Positions 9,734 through 19,437 of a stretch of 38,287 bases of DNA are shown here, piece after piece. Made by a program: the position numbers and the translations under genes. This stretch comes from a virus (taxonomy: Duplodnaviria > Caudoviricetes). Position 1 is the stretch's first letter, and every line of letters starts with the position of its first letter. The notes below the pieces were generated by a model. The model made no database searches, was not told where the DNA came from, and saw only the letters and a program-made list of their open reading frames with translations. The stretch spans positions 1 to 38,287 of IMG/VR virus record IMGVR_UViG_3300025779_000009. The stretch is one strand, 5' to 3'.

Positions 9734-10555
9734 GTGGCGCAAGCACGGTTGAAACTCACAAGGCGCCAACTGGGGACCTTCCTAGAGGACTTCGAGTCAA
9801 TCAAGCAGTTCGAGAATTTGTTTTCTACGGTAGATGAGTCCACGGTCACCGGTGGTGGAAACACCTACGACGACTTGCCGCAGGCTTCGACCTCGACAAT
9901 CGTCGCCGTGCTTAACAAGATCACCGCCCAACTTGAGGCCATCGCGACAGCCTACCCAGGAACCGACAAGGCCTGGTCTAAGAATGAACTCAACAATGTC
10001 CTAACACGGTTGGAAGCGTTGGAAACCGAGTACCCAGGAAACACGAAGGCTTGGGTCAAGGGCCAGAAGTTCCTGTCAGGGTCCAAGGTAGATTCGTTCA
10101 ACACGCGCTTTGGGGCCGTGACCTTGACCAGCGGTGACGTGACTGGGGCCCTCACCTTCACGCCGATCAGCAAGGCTGGTGACACTGGCATTGGGGCACT
10201 GACCATCAACGGTGTTAACAGCACGGCAGGGTTTCAGACCAACGGCTACAAAGCCATATCCAACATTGGGACCAACACCTACTTCTGGGCCGGGACCGGG
10301 AACCTTTACATTGTTGACCAGACCGGGAGCTTTGTCTTCTTTTCGATCAATGGGGCCACGGGTGCGGCTTCATTCGGTATCTACCCCGTATCCCAGACAC
10401 CTGTCGCGTTTGCATCCCTGCCCGCTGGTTCTGCGGGCATGCGGGCGTTCATCAATAACAACTCCGCTGGAGCTGCTTTCGGTTCAGCCGCCAACGGCGC
10501 CGGCGCGGCCACCTACCCCGTCTATCATGACGGTGCAAGCTGGAAGATCGGTTAA
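9734..10555 (+). CDS. Tail needle or fibre-like protein (P22 gp26 position)
   Basis: GTG directly after the gp10-like stop. Helical repeat region, VDSFNTRFGAVTL fibre motif and C-terminal YHDGASWKIG. Confidence 0.5.
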   Translation: MAQARLKLTRRQLGTFLEDFESIKQFENLFSTVDESTVTGGGNTYDDLPQASTSTIVAVLNKITAQLEAIATAYPGTDKAWSKNELNNVLTRLEALETEYPGNTKAWVKGQKFLSGSKVDSFNTRFGAVTLTSGDVTGALTFTPISKAGDTGIGALTINGVNSTAGFQTNGYKAISNIGTNTYFWAGTGNLYIVDQTGSFVFFSINGATGAASFGIYPVSQTPVAFASLPAGSAGMRAFINNNSAGAAFGSAANGAGAATYPVYHDGASWKIG

Positions 10556-10578
10556 TACCTAACCCATAGGGAGCCTTC

Positions 10579-10917
10579 ATGTCAGTTGTCACCACAAAAA
10601 CCATCACCTCGGCCCAGCTCACTACCGCGTCGGTGGCCTACCTCACGGTACCGACGAACAGCGCGGCGGTGATCAAAAAGCTGACCTTTACCAACACTAC
10701 TGGGGTCGCCCAGACGGTGACCGTCAACCTGGTGCCAGCTGCTGGTAGTCCTACCGCGGCGAACACCCTTATCAGCGGTCGGACCGTGGCGGCTGGTGAT
10801 ACCTATGACTGCTTTGAGGCCCAGGGCCAGACCTTGCAGACAGGGGGCACCTTACAGGTCAAGTCGGACGCAAATTCAGCAATTACTGTCAACGGGGCTT
10901 ACGCCCAGGTCGAATAG
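10579..10917 (+). CDS. Hypothetical beta-sandwich virion protein
   Basis: AGGAG RBS, 112 aa, Thr-rich, inside the structural operon. Confidence 0.6.
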   Translation: MSVVTTKTITSAQLTTASVAYLTVPTNSAAVIKKLTFTNTTGVAQTVTVNLVPAAGSPTAANTLISGRTVAAGDTYDCFEAQGQTLQTGGTLQVKSDANSAITVNGAYAQVE

Positions 10918-10925
10918 GGGCTATA

Positions 10926-11441
10926 ATGGATACGGCCGAGACCTTCGAGCAGCCGGCCGCTCACCCACGCAGTGGAGGCGGCATGATCACCCATCGGGTC
11001 GAGGAGTCAGGGTTTGGTGCTACGGAGCACGACCCCGATAAGGTCCGGAGGGCCATCTACCAGGCCGAGAGCCTCATGGCACAGCTCGGACCCATCGACC
11101 TAATCCCGGCCGAGCACATGTTTGTGCCGAACCTCTACTTTCGTAAGTTCGAGATGGAGGCCGAGACCTTCTTGACTGGGAAAATACATGCCCAGGACGA
11201 CGGGCTCATCGTAGCCTCAGGAACCGTGTCCTTCCTCACCGAGGATGGCTTCAGGACCATCACAGGACCGTGCATGACCGTCGTCAGGGGAGGCGTAAAA
11301 CCTCTCCTCTACGCATCAACCCACGTGGTGTTCTTCTCAGCTCACCTGAATCTTGATAACACCCAGGATCTGGCCCTTATTGAGAGCCGTGTGGTAACAC
11401 CAAATGTGCTGGGATGTGAGCCCAAAAAGGAGTTGTTATGA
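10926..11441 (+). CDS. Hypothetical protein, possibly cupin-like fold
   Basis: EHMF..LYFRKF...LTGKIH...IVASGTVSF...TITGP pattern. Precedes the ejection genes. Confidence 0.55.
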   Translation: MDTAETFEQPAAHPRSGGGMITHRVEESGFGATEHDPDKVRRAIYQAESLMAQLGPIDLIPAEHMFVPNLYFRKFEMEAETFLTGKIHAQDDGLIVASGTVSFLTEDGFRTITGPCMTVVRGGVKPLLYASTHVVFFSAHLNLDNTQDLALIESRVVTPNVLGCEPKKELL

Positions 11442-12088
11442 CCTGGGGGTTCGTAGGGGCCGCGGCGATCACGGTGGTGGGTGGGGCCATCGCCTCAAAC
11501 CAGGCCAAACAGGCGGCGAAGGGGGCTGCTAACGCGCAGGTTGGCGCGGCGCAAGCTGGTATCGACGAGCAGGGACGGCAGTTCGACGCAGTCAAGGAGC
11601 TCTTAAAGCCCTACGTGGATTCTGGTGCTAACGCCCTATCAGCACAAAATGATCTCAATGGGCTTAACGGCCCCGAGGCCCAGCAGAAGGCCATCGCGAA
11701 TCTTCAGAACTCGCCGCAGATGGCCTCGATGACCCAGCAGGGTGAAAATGCCATTTTGCAGAACGCCTCGGCGACTGGCGGGCTCCGGGGTGGTAATACC
11801 CAGGGGGCCCTCGCTCAGTTCCGGCCGCAGCTCCTGACCCAGCTCATCAATGATCAGTACGCCAAGCTTGGGTCGCAGGTGCAGATTGGGCAGGCCTCAG
11901 CCGCGGGCCAAGCGGCAGCCGGGATGCAGACCGGCACCAACGTAGCGAACCTGCTCGGGAACCAAGGTACCGCGCAGGCGGGAGGCATTCTTGCAATTGG
12001 CCAAGCAAACGCGAATTTCACGAATAGCGCCTTCGGTGGACTGTCCAAGGCCTACGGCGGCTATGGCAAAGCAAATGGGTGGTTCTGA
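11438..12088 (+). CDS. DNA ejection/transfer protein (P22 gp7-like)
   Basis: Hydrophobic Gly/Ala N-terminus, LKPYVDSG and NASATGGLRGGN motifs, Q/A-rich. Confidence 0.8.
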   Translation: MTWGFVGAAAITVVGGAIASNQAKQAAKGAANAQVGAAQAGIDEQGRQFDAVKELLKPYVDSGANALSAQNDLNGLNGPEAQQKAIANLQNSPQMASMTQQGENAILQNASATGGLRGGNTQGALAQFRPQLLTQLINDQYAKLGSQVQIGQASAAGQAAAGMQTGTNVANLLGNQGTAQAGGILAIGQANANFTNSAFGGLSKAYGGYGKANGWF

Positions 12089-13647
12089 TGCCTAATTACG
12101 GGATTTTCGGTGGGAACGAAACGCCGCACAACTATGCTGTGCAACCGACGCCGCAGGGTGACATGTCCAGCACCGTCTTCGGCGGCGTCAAGGAGGGCAT
12201 GGCTATTTCCGACGATGTCCTCAAGAGCAAGATTGAGGCGCTTCAGCGCCAGCAGCAAGCTGCCATGCAGCTCGAGCTCGGTCAGGCCGCTGAGAACCCC
12301 GACCCAGCCACCCTTCTCAAACTATCCATCAAGTACCCCTCCCTGGCCAAGGACTTCAAGGTCAGCCAAGATCAACTCACCACCCAGCAGCAGCAGGCAC
12401 GGTTGGCGCAGTTGCTTCCGGTCCACGCAGCCTTGAACGCCGGTGACACCGATGCGGCCATCAAGCAGCTCCAGACCCAGGCTGACGCCCAGAAGAACTC
12501 TGGGAAGCCACAGGACGCGGTGGCCACTGAGAACATGATCAAGGTCATTCAGTCCGGAGGTGCTAGTGCCTTCAACACCTCAGCTGGGATCCTGCTGGCG
12601 TCAGTGCTTGGTCCTGAAAAGTATGCTGAGAATTTTGTGAAGATCGAGAAGGCCCCGACCGACATCGCCAAGACTGAGGCCGAGACTGACAAACTCAATG
12701 CTGAAAAACCTACCCCGGGCCCGAAGGGTTGGCATGAGGGAATCGACCCTAAGACCGGGAAGCCTGCGGTCTTCGCGCAGGACGCCAATGGCCAGCCGGT
12801 GAAGCTGGAAGGGGCTCTTCCGGCCCCTAAGCAGCCTCTCGTGCAGATCGGTAGCCTGCCTGCGGGCGTGGACAAAGAAACCGCCATCCAGAATGCCAAG
12901 ATCGCCCTCTTGCAGGGTCGTGGCAAGTGGCCCACTCGGTCGGAGCTCAAGGACCCGATCCTAGGAGCTGCCATCAACGCCGCCAGGGCTGAGGACCCTA
13001 CCCTGAACGAAGCGACCTTCGCTTTACGCCAGAACGCCCAGAAGGAAATGGACACTGGCAAGATCGGACAGTCCAATAACTCCATCATGACCGTCATTGG
13101 GCATCTCGGCCACCTCAAGGACGCCTTCCAGAAGCTGCCTGACTCTGGGGTCAAGGGCCTCAACAAGGCTGGGCAGTGGTTGACGGAGCAGGGACCTGGT
13201 GGTAACCCCATCGTCCAAGAGGTCCGTGACCTCGTGGAAGGCATTGGTCCTGAGATGTCGAAAGCCTACGTGCCTGGTCAGGGATCCATGGCCGAGCGTG
13301 AGGGTTGGAAGGAGCGTATTGATCCGTCCCGCCCGATGCCTGAGCGTAAGGCGAACCTCAAGGCCTTTAGCAGCATGCTCATCACCAAGCTGAACCAGAA
13401 CGAGGCACAATACACCAAGGCCTTCCGTGGACTCTCGGCCAATGCCCAGCCACCTCCACCTCAGCTGACCCCCGACGCCTACGAGGCACTTAAGTCTATT
13501 CAGAAGTGGACGGGCAAGGACATCCCAGGAGCGAAGAAGTGGCTAGATCGATACGAAGCCACGAACGGGGTCACTGGGACCCCTGAGTACACCCTGCCTG
13601 GAGCCTCGCCCACCGCAAAGCCACGCACCGTCACCGTGGACTACTGA
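12088..13647 (+). CDS. DNA ejection/transfer protein (gp20-like position)
   Basis: TGATG coupling to the gp7-like gene. Q-rich helical protein of about 519 aa; synteny. Confidence 0.6.
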   Translation: MPNYGIFGGNETPHNYAVQPTPQGDMSSTVFGGVKEGMAISDDVLKSKIEALQRQQQAAMQLELGQAAENPDPATLLKLSIKYPSLAKDFKVSQDQLTTQQQQARLAQLLPVHAALNAGDTDAAIKQLQTQADAQKNSGKPQDAVATENMIKVIQSGGASAFNTSAGILLASVLGPEKYAENFVKIEKAPTDIAKTEAETDKLNAEKPTPGPKGWHEGIDPKTGKPAVFAQDANGQPVKLEGALPAPKQPLVQIGSLPAGVDKETAIQNAKIALLQGRGKWPTRSELKDPILGAAINAARAEDPTLNEATFALRQNAQKEMDTGKIGQSNNSIMTVIGHLGHLKDAFQKLPDSGVKGLNKAGQWLTEQGPGGNPIVQEVRDLVEGIGPEMSKAYVPGQGSMAEREGWKERIDPSRPMPERKANLKAFSSMLITKLNQNEAQYTKAFRGLSANAQPPPPQLTPDAYEALKSIQKWTGKDIPGAKKWLDRYEATNGVTGTPEYTLPGASPTAKPRTVTVDY

Positions 13648-13648
13648 G

Positions 13649-15709
13649 ATGCCCTACGACCTGACCACCAAGGACGGGATCACCATCCGGAACATCCCGG
13701 ACCACGTGGACCCCAACTCGCAGGAGCTCAAGGACCGGGTCGCTGCGGCTCGAGCTAGTGGCCAGCCTACCGCGTCGGCCCAACCCATGCAGGACGGCAT
13801 GATGGTGTCGCACGCCCAGACGCCCCCGCCACAACCTCCTCAGATGGTGCCGTCGCACGTCGTGGGTGGACCGTTGCCTGACTCAGTTACCAACCCAGCA
13901 CCGCCTGAGACCACGGCGGCTGGTCTGGCTGGTGCCGCTACCCGTGGGGCTGGCCCCTACGCTGCGTCGCTCGCCGTCGGCCCTGAGGGCCCTGCCGTGG
14001 TAGCTGGGTTCAAGTTGATCGGGGACCCACTCACTGACGGGCTCAACAGCATCCTCGACCACCTGGGGGTGGACCCGAAGTACCACCAGATCTCGCCGTC
14101 AGGGGCCCTCAACCTCCTCATGGACAAGCTCGGGGTCAGCAAACCACGGACCACCGCCGAACGGGTCACGCAGGCTGCGGCTGAAACTGGTGCCAACGCG
14201 CTTGGCACCGTGGGTCTCGGGCAGCAGTTGGTGAAGCAGGCCGCCCCTGGCACCCTCAAGGCAGCGGCTGGTAACCTCCTCGCGCAAAACCCCACCCAGC
14301 AAGTAGTTGGTGCCGCTACCGCGGGCGCCTCTTCTGAAACCGCCAAGGAGATGGGGTTCGGACCCACAGGCCAGACGATCGCCGGGGTCGCTGGAGGTCT
14401 GCTCGGTGGTTCCCTGGCTCAACCGAGGACCCTGAAAAACGCGTACCAGCTAGATACCGCAGTCCAGAACGCGGAGGGTCTGGGGATCAAGCCCATGACC
14501 TCCGACGTGCTGCCTCCTGACACCTTCGCCAGCAAGTGGCTCCAGACCGCTGGCGAGAAGATCCCGTTCGTTGGGACTGGTGCCACACGCCGCGCGCAGC
14601 AAGCCACCCGGGTCCAGGCGGTCAAAGATTTGCTGACGGAGTACGGCGCTGGTGACGTCGCCCAGGCCTCTGACAACGTCATGGCCGATCTGCTGGCTAA
14701 GCGTGGGTCTGATCTTACCAAATACACGGTGATGAAGTCTGATGTGGTAGGTAAGTTGGCTAACGCTGGTCCGGTCGATGTGACCCGCACGGTGGGCGAG
14801 ATCGACAACCAGATCGCCAAGCTCACGGCGCTGAAGACTGATGCTGTGAAGCCCGTCATTGACCGACTCACGGATTGGAAGACCGCCATCCAAGGTCAGG
14901 ACCTAGGTAACATCGAGACCCTACGCAAACAGATTGGCCAGGCGTTTCAGGCCCCAGAGCTGACGTCCGTTCGTGACATCGGTGAGAAGGCCCTGACCGC
15001 CATCTACAACCCGCTCAAGGAGGACATTGGTTCCTACATCAAGACGGCCGGTGGCACACCGGACTATAACAAGTGGATGGTGGCGAATCAGCGGCTCTCA
15101 CAGATGTCGGGTGAGCTCAAGAACGACACCCTGCGTGGGGTCCTTCAGCGAGGTGAGCAAACCCCTGAGGTCGTCCAGAAAATGCTCTTCAGCCAAAAGC
15201 CCAGTGACGTAGCGGCCCTCAGCCGTAATCTCACCCCGCAGGGTCAGGCTAACGCCCGCATGGCGGTTCTCAGTAAGGCCTTAGAAAAGGCGGGTGGGGC
15301 GGACAATCTCAGCGTGGACAAGTTCACCAATGAGGTCAAACGGTTGGGTGCCCCCGTAGGTGTCCTCTTCAAGGGGGCCGACGAGCAACGGCTTCAGGGT
15401 CTAGTGCGGGCGCTCGACCTGACCCGGCGCGCCTCCGTGGCGGCCAATGTACCCCAGAACGGCATGCAGGCAGTTCCCATCCTCGCAGTTGACCTCCTAA
15501 GCAAGACGCTGGGCGGCCCAATGGGGGCTACTGCCGGGGCTGCTACGGTAGGTGGCCTTGCGCGTCTCTATGAGTCGGCGCCTGTGAGGAACCTACTCAT
15601 GAAACTGCCCATCGTGAAGCCAGGCAGCGCGGAGGAAGGTGCGATATTCAAGCGCCTGCTTGCGTTGCAGACCACACCGAACAGCCCGACCCCCGCTGAG
15701 GAGCAGTAA
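13649..15709 (+). CDS. DNA ejection/transfer protein (gp16-like)
   Basis: MPYDLTTKDGITIRNIPD start, Gly/Ala hydrophobic segments, MTSDVLPP and ARLYESAPVRNLLMKL; synteny. Confidence 0.7.
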   Translation: MPYDLTTKDGITIRNIPDHVDPNSQELKDRVAAARASGQPTASAQPMQDGMMVSHAQTPPPQPPQMVPSHVVGGPLPDSVTNPAPPETTAAGLAGAATRGAGPYAASLAVGPEGPAVVAGFKLIGDPLTDGLNSILDHLGVDPKYHQISPSGALNLLMDKLGVSKPRTTAERVTQAAAETGANALGTVGLGQQLVKQAAPGTLKAAAGNLLAQNPTQQVVGAATAGASSETAKEMGFGPTGQTIAGVAGGLLGGSLAQPRTLKNAYQLDTAVQNAEGLGIKPMTSDVLPPDTFASKWLQTAGEKIPFVGTGATRRAQQATRVQAVKDLLTEYGAGDVAQASDNVMADLLAKRGSDLTKYTVMKSDVVGKLANAGPVDVTRTVGEIDNQIAKLTALKTDAVKPVIDRLTDWKTAIQGQDLGNIETLRKQIGQAFQAPELTSVRDIGEKALTAIYNPLKEDIGSYIKTAGGTPDYNKWMVANQRLSQMSGELKNDTLRGVLQRGEQTPEVVQKMLFSQKPSDVAALSRNLTPQGQANARMAVLSKALEKAGGADNLSVDKFTNEVKRLGAPVGVLFKGADEQRLQGLVRALDLTRRASVAANVPQNGMQAVPILAVDLLSKTLGGPMGATAGAATVGGLARLYESAPVRNLLMKLPIVKPGSAEEGAIFKRLLALQTTPNSPTPAEEQ

Positions 15710-15710
15710 C

Positions 15711-18050
15711 ATGTCCACAACTGACGGCATTAAGCCGCCCTACCCGCTCTTCGTGAACACCGATGGGTCCCCGTTGGACGCAGGCTTCATCTTCATTGGC
15801 GTTGAAAATCTGGAGCCCACGCAGAACCCAGTGCCAGTTTATTGGGACGCCGCACTGACCATCCCGGCTGCCCAGCCGCTCCGGACACTTAATGGGCACA
15901 TCTCACGGGGTGGGTCTCCGTCGATGGCGTACATGACTGGGTCGTTGTCCTACTCCATTCTGATTCAGGACAAGAAAGGCCAGTTGGTGTACTCGGCCCC
16001 GTCGGTCAGTGGCGGCATTACCCAGGACGCCTCACTCATCACGTACACGGCCCCACACCCCGGGGCGGTTGCCACTAATCAGAGCATCAAGAATGCCGCC
16101 ACCATTAGTGTGTGGGAATATTTCACACCTGCCAGGTGGGCCGCCTGGCAGGCTGACATGACCATCGATGTGTCGGCGGAAATCAACGCCGCTACGGCTG
16201 ACCTGTTCCCGCTCTATGACGTCAGCAAGACCTTACAGGACTCCTCGCAGGTCCCGAACCAGGGCCATATCAAGACCCTGTACTTCCCAGCTGGCATTTA
16301 TTGCATGTACAGCGCGTGGGACATTTCGTTCCGCAATTACATGACCATCACCGGCGAGAACGAATATAATACCATCATCCGGTACTTGGGGCCTGGTGGC
16401 ATCGGCACTAACACCACCTTCGTCAACGCGGCTTGTTCTAGCTACTTGAAGATGAGCCACCTGACCCTGGATGGCGCGTTCCGCGCCTCTTGCTTGGTCT
16501 ACTCCGCAGGCAACGGCACCCACGCACCGGGGATCAAAGGAAACTCCACCGGTAACTACTTCGGTCACATGTTCTTCTGGAACCAGCCAGGTGACCTGGC
16601 GGTGATCTCCACCGATTACCCCGATCAGTACAACGTCCGGTCTGCCATGCTGTGCATGACCACGGACTACACCAACTTCACGTCCTACTACTCCTGCGAC
16701 GACAGCATCATCGAGAACTGCCGCTTCGCTACCAACTCGGTGAACAACAACTACGCCCTGGCAGTCAGCTCCAGCAACATCATGATCAGCGACACCATCA
16801 TGTTCTGCGCGAACGCGATCCTGATGGGGGACGGCGCGATTCCCACCTTCACCAACTGCTGCTTCGAGGTCGCGGGTTACCAGGCCATCGACGCCACCCA
16901 CAACCATGCCGTTGTCAAGTATGACCCCACCCCTGGGCGCACCTTTGGGACGGGTCTGGCGACCCTGATCGGCTGCTACAGCGAGTCTGGGTGGTGGGGC
17001 ACCGTCAACAGCACAGCTGTGCTGGCGTACATGGTCGCCTACCCCAACGGTGGGAGCATTCCGTTCGACTCACTGCCCCAACCTGGGTTGTTGGTGATCG
17101 GTGGCCTTTACTCGTGCACGGTTGACGGGTGTAAGTACATCAACATTGGCCAGTATAATCACGGGAACATCGTCCTGAGGGACGTCAAGTTCCAGAACAG
17201 CGGGAATATGTATGTCTACGCCCCGAATTGCTTCGTAGAATGTGAAGACGTCACCGACATGTCCGCTGTGACTGATGAAAGTTCTAACGGTGGATTCCGC
17301 ACCCTGTCGCTGAACTCGGTCGCAGACGTAGCCACCTGGAGCCGGAAAATTTCCTCACATTACGGCATCTTGACCGGTGAGATCTCACCCACCATCAACA
17401 TAATCGTCGGGAATGTGAACCTACCATCTAAGTTCAAGTTCATCTCACTGGACGAGGCATTGGCGTGGTGTTCCACCACCAAGACCCCGGTGGTCATCAC
17501 CGCGCAGAAGAACGTAGCGATGTCCTCGCCTATCAATCTGCATGGCGCCGACATTACCATTCGTCTGGCGACCTTCAACTTAGACATCACAGCGATTGTC
17601 ACTAACTACGGCAAGCTCACCATCGACGGGCAGACCAGTGGGAATATCACCTCCGTCAGTCGGAAACTCTATAATTATGGCACCCTTAAGATCATGAACC
17701 TCACCAGCATGACCGCCGTGGTCACAATGCTGGGTGGTATCGCCCACTTCACCAACGTGGTGTTCGCTGGGTCAGACGACAATATCGGCTTCAGTGACAA
17801 CGCCCAGGCGGTCATCTACCATGACACCTGCAGCTATACCAACACGGCCTACGTGGCTAATCGATCCAGCGGGTTCGGTGAGTTCATTCTGCGGTCAACC
17901 GGCGGGGCCACACCCACCACCGGGAAATGGTATCAGGGGACGATCTTCCAGCGGACTAGCCCTGCCTCCGGTGCCCCTGCGGTCTTCTATGCCACCGCTT
18001 CCGGTGTCGGTGTCGCTGCGGCTTGGAAGTCCAACGGGAACTTGGCCTAA
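15711..18050 (+). CDS. Tailspike / receptor-binding protein (head-binding domain plus beta-helix)
   Basis: The N-terminal PYPLFVNTDGSPLDAGFIFIG...PVYWD...AQPLRT resembles the P22 head-binding domain. TLYFPAGIY marks a pectate-lyase-like beta-helix start. Confidence 0.8.
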   Translation: MSTTDGIKPPYPLFVNTDGSPLDAGFIFIGVENLEPTQNPVPVYWDAALTIPAAQPLRTLNGHISRGGSPSMAYMTGSLSYSILIQDKKGQLVYSAPSVSGGITQDASLITYTAPHPGAVATNQSIKNAATISVWEYFTPARWAAWQADMTIDVSAEINAATADLFPLYDVSKTLQDSSQVPNQGHIKTLYFPAGIYCMYSAWDISFRNYMTITGENEYNTIIRYLGPGGIGTNTTFVNAACSSYLKMSHLTLDGAFRASCLVYSAGNGTHAPGIKGNSTGNYFGHMFFWNQPGDLAVISTDYPDQYNVRSAMLCMTTDYTNFTSYYSCDDSIIENCRFATNSVNNNYALAVSSSNIMISDTIMFCANAILMGDGAIPTFTNCCFEVAGYQAIDATHNHAVVKYDPTPGRTFGTGLATLIGCYSESGWWGTVNSTAVLAYMVAYPNGGSIPFDSLPQPGLLVIGGLYSCTVDGCKYINIGQYNHGNIVLRDVKFQNSGNMYVYAPNCFVECEDVTDMSAVTDESSNGGFRTLSLNSVADVATWSRKISSHYGILTGEISPTINIIVGNVNLPSKFKFISLDEALAWCSTTKTPVVITAQKNVAMSSPINLHGADITIRLATFNLDITAIVTNYGKLTIDGQTSGNITSVSRKLYNYGTLKIMNLTSMTAVVTMLGGIAHFTNVVFAGSDDNIGFSDNAQAVIYHDTCSYTNTAYVANRSSGFGEFILRSTGGATPTTGKWYQGTIFQRTSPASGAPAVFYATASGVGVAAAWKSNGNLA

Positions 18051-18568
18051 TGGCCTCCTTCGTGGAAGCCCTCCCATGGGTCCTCAAGCATGAGGGCGGG
18101 TGGAGCGATGACCCGGCGGACCCGGGCGGCGCCACCAACTTCGGCATCACCCTGGCCGTGGCCCAGCAGCACGGGATTCCCGATAAGGAAGCCCTGCGCA
18201 CCATCACCCAGGACCAGGTAGCCGCGATCTATCACAAGGACTATTGGCGCTTCGACGGGGTGGATGACCAGCAGGTTGCCACGAAGCTCTTTGACCTGGG
18301 GGTCAATATGGGTGTTCGCTCGGTGGTGCGCTTGCTTCAGGACGGGCTCAACACGCTTGGGGCGTCTTTGGAGATCGACGGCCGACTGGGCCCCCAGACC
18401 CTAATGGCGGTCAACTCTGTGGCTCCAGCCAAGATGCTCCAGGTCCTCGTCGATGAGGCCACCAAGTACTACCAGACCATTGTTGCTAACCGTCCCGCCT
18501 CACAAAAGTTCCTGACCGGGTGGCTCAAGCGAGCCGCTGCCCTCCCACCTATTCCAGCCGCGGGTTGA
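18050..18568 (+). CDS. Endolysin, glycoside hydrolase family 108 with peptidoglycan-binding domain
   Basis: HEGGWSDDPADPGGATNFGIT catalytic motif, DGRLGPQTL and KFLTGWLKR. TAATG coupling to the tailspike gene. Confidence 0.9.
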   Translation: MASFVEALPWVLKHEGGWSDDPADPGGATNFGITLAVAQQHGIPDKEALRTITQDQVAAIYHKDYWRFDGVDDQQVATKLFDLGVNMGVRSVVRLLQDGLNTLGASLEIDGRLGPQTLMAVNSVAPAKMLQVLVDEATKYYQTIVANRPASQKFLTGWLKRAAALPPIPAAG

Positions 18569-18570
18569 CC

Positions 18571-18927
18571 ATGCCTGACCACCGCCAACACCCACCACAG
18601 AAGCCATGTCCTGTTGAGGACGGGGAGGACTGCTGTATGCCAGAGCGCCGGAAATGGTCAGCTGAGTTCACCATCAACGTCCCGTCGGTCCTGGCCATTA
18701 TTGGCCTGACGGTAACCCTCACAGGGGCCCTCATCCTGAATGACCGTCGCCAGACAGTCACGGAGGGTCAGGTAGAGGTTCTAAAGGCCGTAGACAAGGG
18801 CATCATCGACCACGCCCAGGCTGTGGAGCAGGTAGCCGTGCGGGACCGTTCCGAGATGCGGGACGACATCAAGGAAATCAAGGCAACCGTCAACAAGATC
18901 GCTGATATTCAGCGCCAACGGAGGTAG
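18571..18927 (+). CDS. Single-TM membrane protein with coiled coil; lysis accessory or holin-like
   Basis: Hydrophobic VPSVLAIIGLTVTLTGALIL followed by a coiled coil. Directly after the endolysin. Confidence 0.5.
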   Translation: MPDHRQHPPQKPCPVEDGEDCCMPERRKWSAEFTINVPSVLAIIGLTVTLTGALILNDRRQTVTEGQVEVLKAVDKGIIDHAQAVEQVAVRDRSEMRDDIKEIKATVNKIADIQRQRR

Positions 18928-18929
18928 TC

Positions 18930-19241
18930 ATGTCAGTCCTTTACGTTACCGAATTTTCGCAGCGCGGTCAGGATGGTCGTAACTTCACAATCGACAGCAT
19001 GACCCTTGAGCCACCTCTGGCGGAGCAGACGGTGGCCATCGGAGCTGGGTCTGTCCAGTCCAACGCGCTCAACGCAGCCACCACCTACGTGCGGGTACAC
19101 GCCGATGCCATCTGTAGCATCGCCTTCGGTACCAACCCCACGGCCACCGCTACCACCAGGCGGATGGCGGCCAACACCACCGAGTACTTCGGAGTCCCCA
19201 AGAACCAAGCATTCAAGGTCGCCGTTATCACTAACACCTAA
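18930..19241 (+). CDS. Hypothetical protein
   Basis: GGAGG RBS, 103 aa, beta-rich, fits operon spacing. Confidence 0.65.
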   Translation: MSVLYVTEFSQRGQDGRNFTIDSMTLEPPLAEQTVAIGAGSVQSNALNAATTYVRVHADAICSIAFGTNPTATATTRRMAANTTEYFGVPKNQAFKVAVITNT

Positions 19242-19254
19242 AAGGAGGTTCTCC

Positions 19255-19437
19255 ATGCCTACCGTCAAGAAGTCTGGGTCCTTCAAGGGTAAGAGCAACA
19301 AGCTCGGGTACGGCGGACGGTCCGCTCAGCTCAAGGCGGCAGGGGTCCCCGGTGGGGTCATCGGGAACCTCGCCCGTAAGGCCCAAGCAGCCCCCGGCCA
19401 GAAGAACTACCACGGCAAGAAGAAGGGCGGTAAGTGA
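19255..19437 (+). CDS. 60 aa Lys/Gly-rich basic protein
   Basis: AAGGAGG RBS before ATG at 19255. MPTVKKSGSFKGKSNK...GKKKGGK; TGATG coupling to the next gene. Confidence 0.7.
   Translation: MPTVKKSGSFKGKSNKLGYGGRSAQLKAAGVPGGVIGNLARKAQAAPGQKNYHGKKKGGK

Noticed and set aside
10916-10928. TATAAT as a promoter (also 1379-1384)
   Set aside because: The first overlaps the ATG of the 10926 gene, and neither has the TTTACA -35. The copy before the portal remains possible but unsupported.
15711-18050. Diversity-generating retroelement targeting the tail protein
   Set aside because: No reverse transcriptase, and I noticed no template/variable repeat pair.
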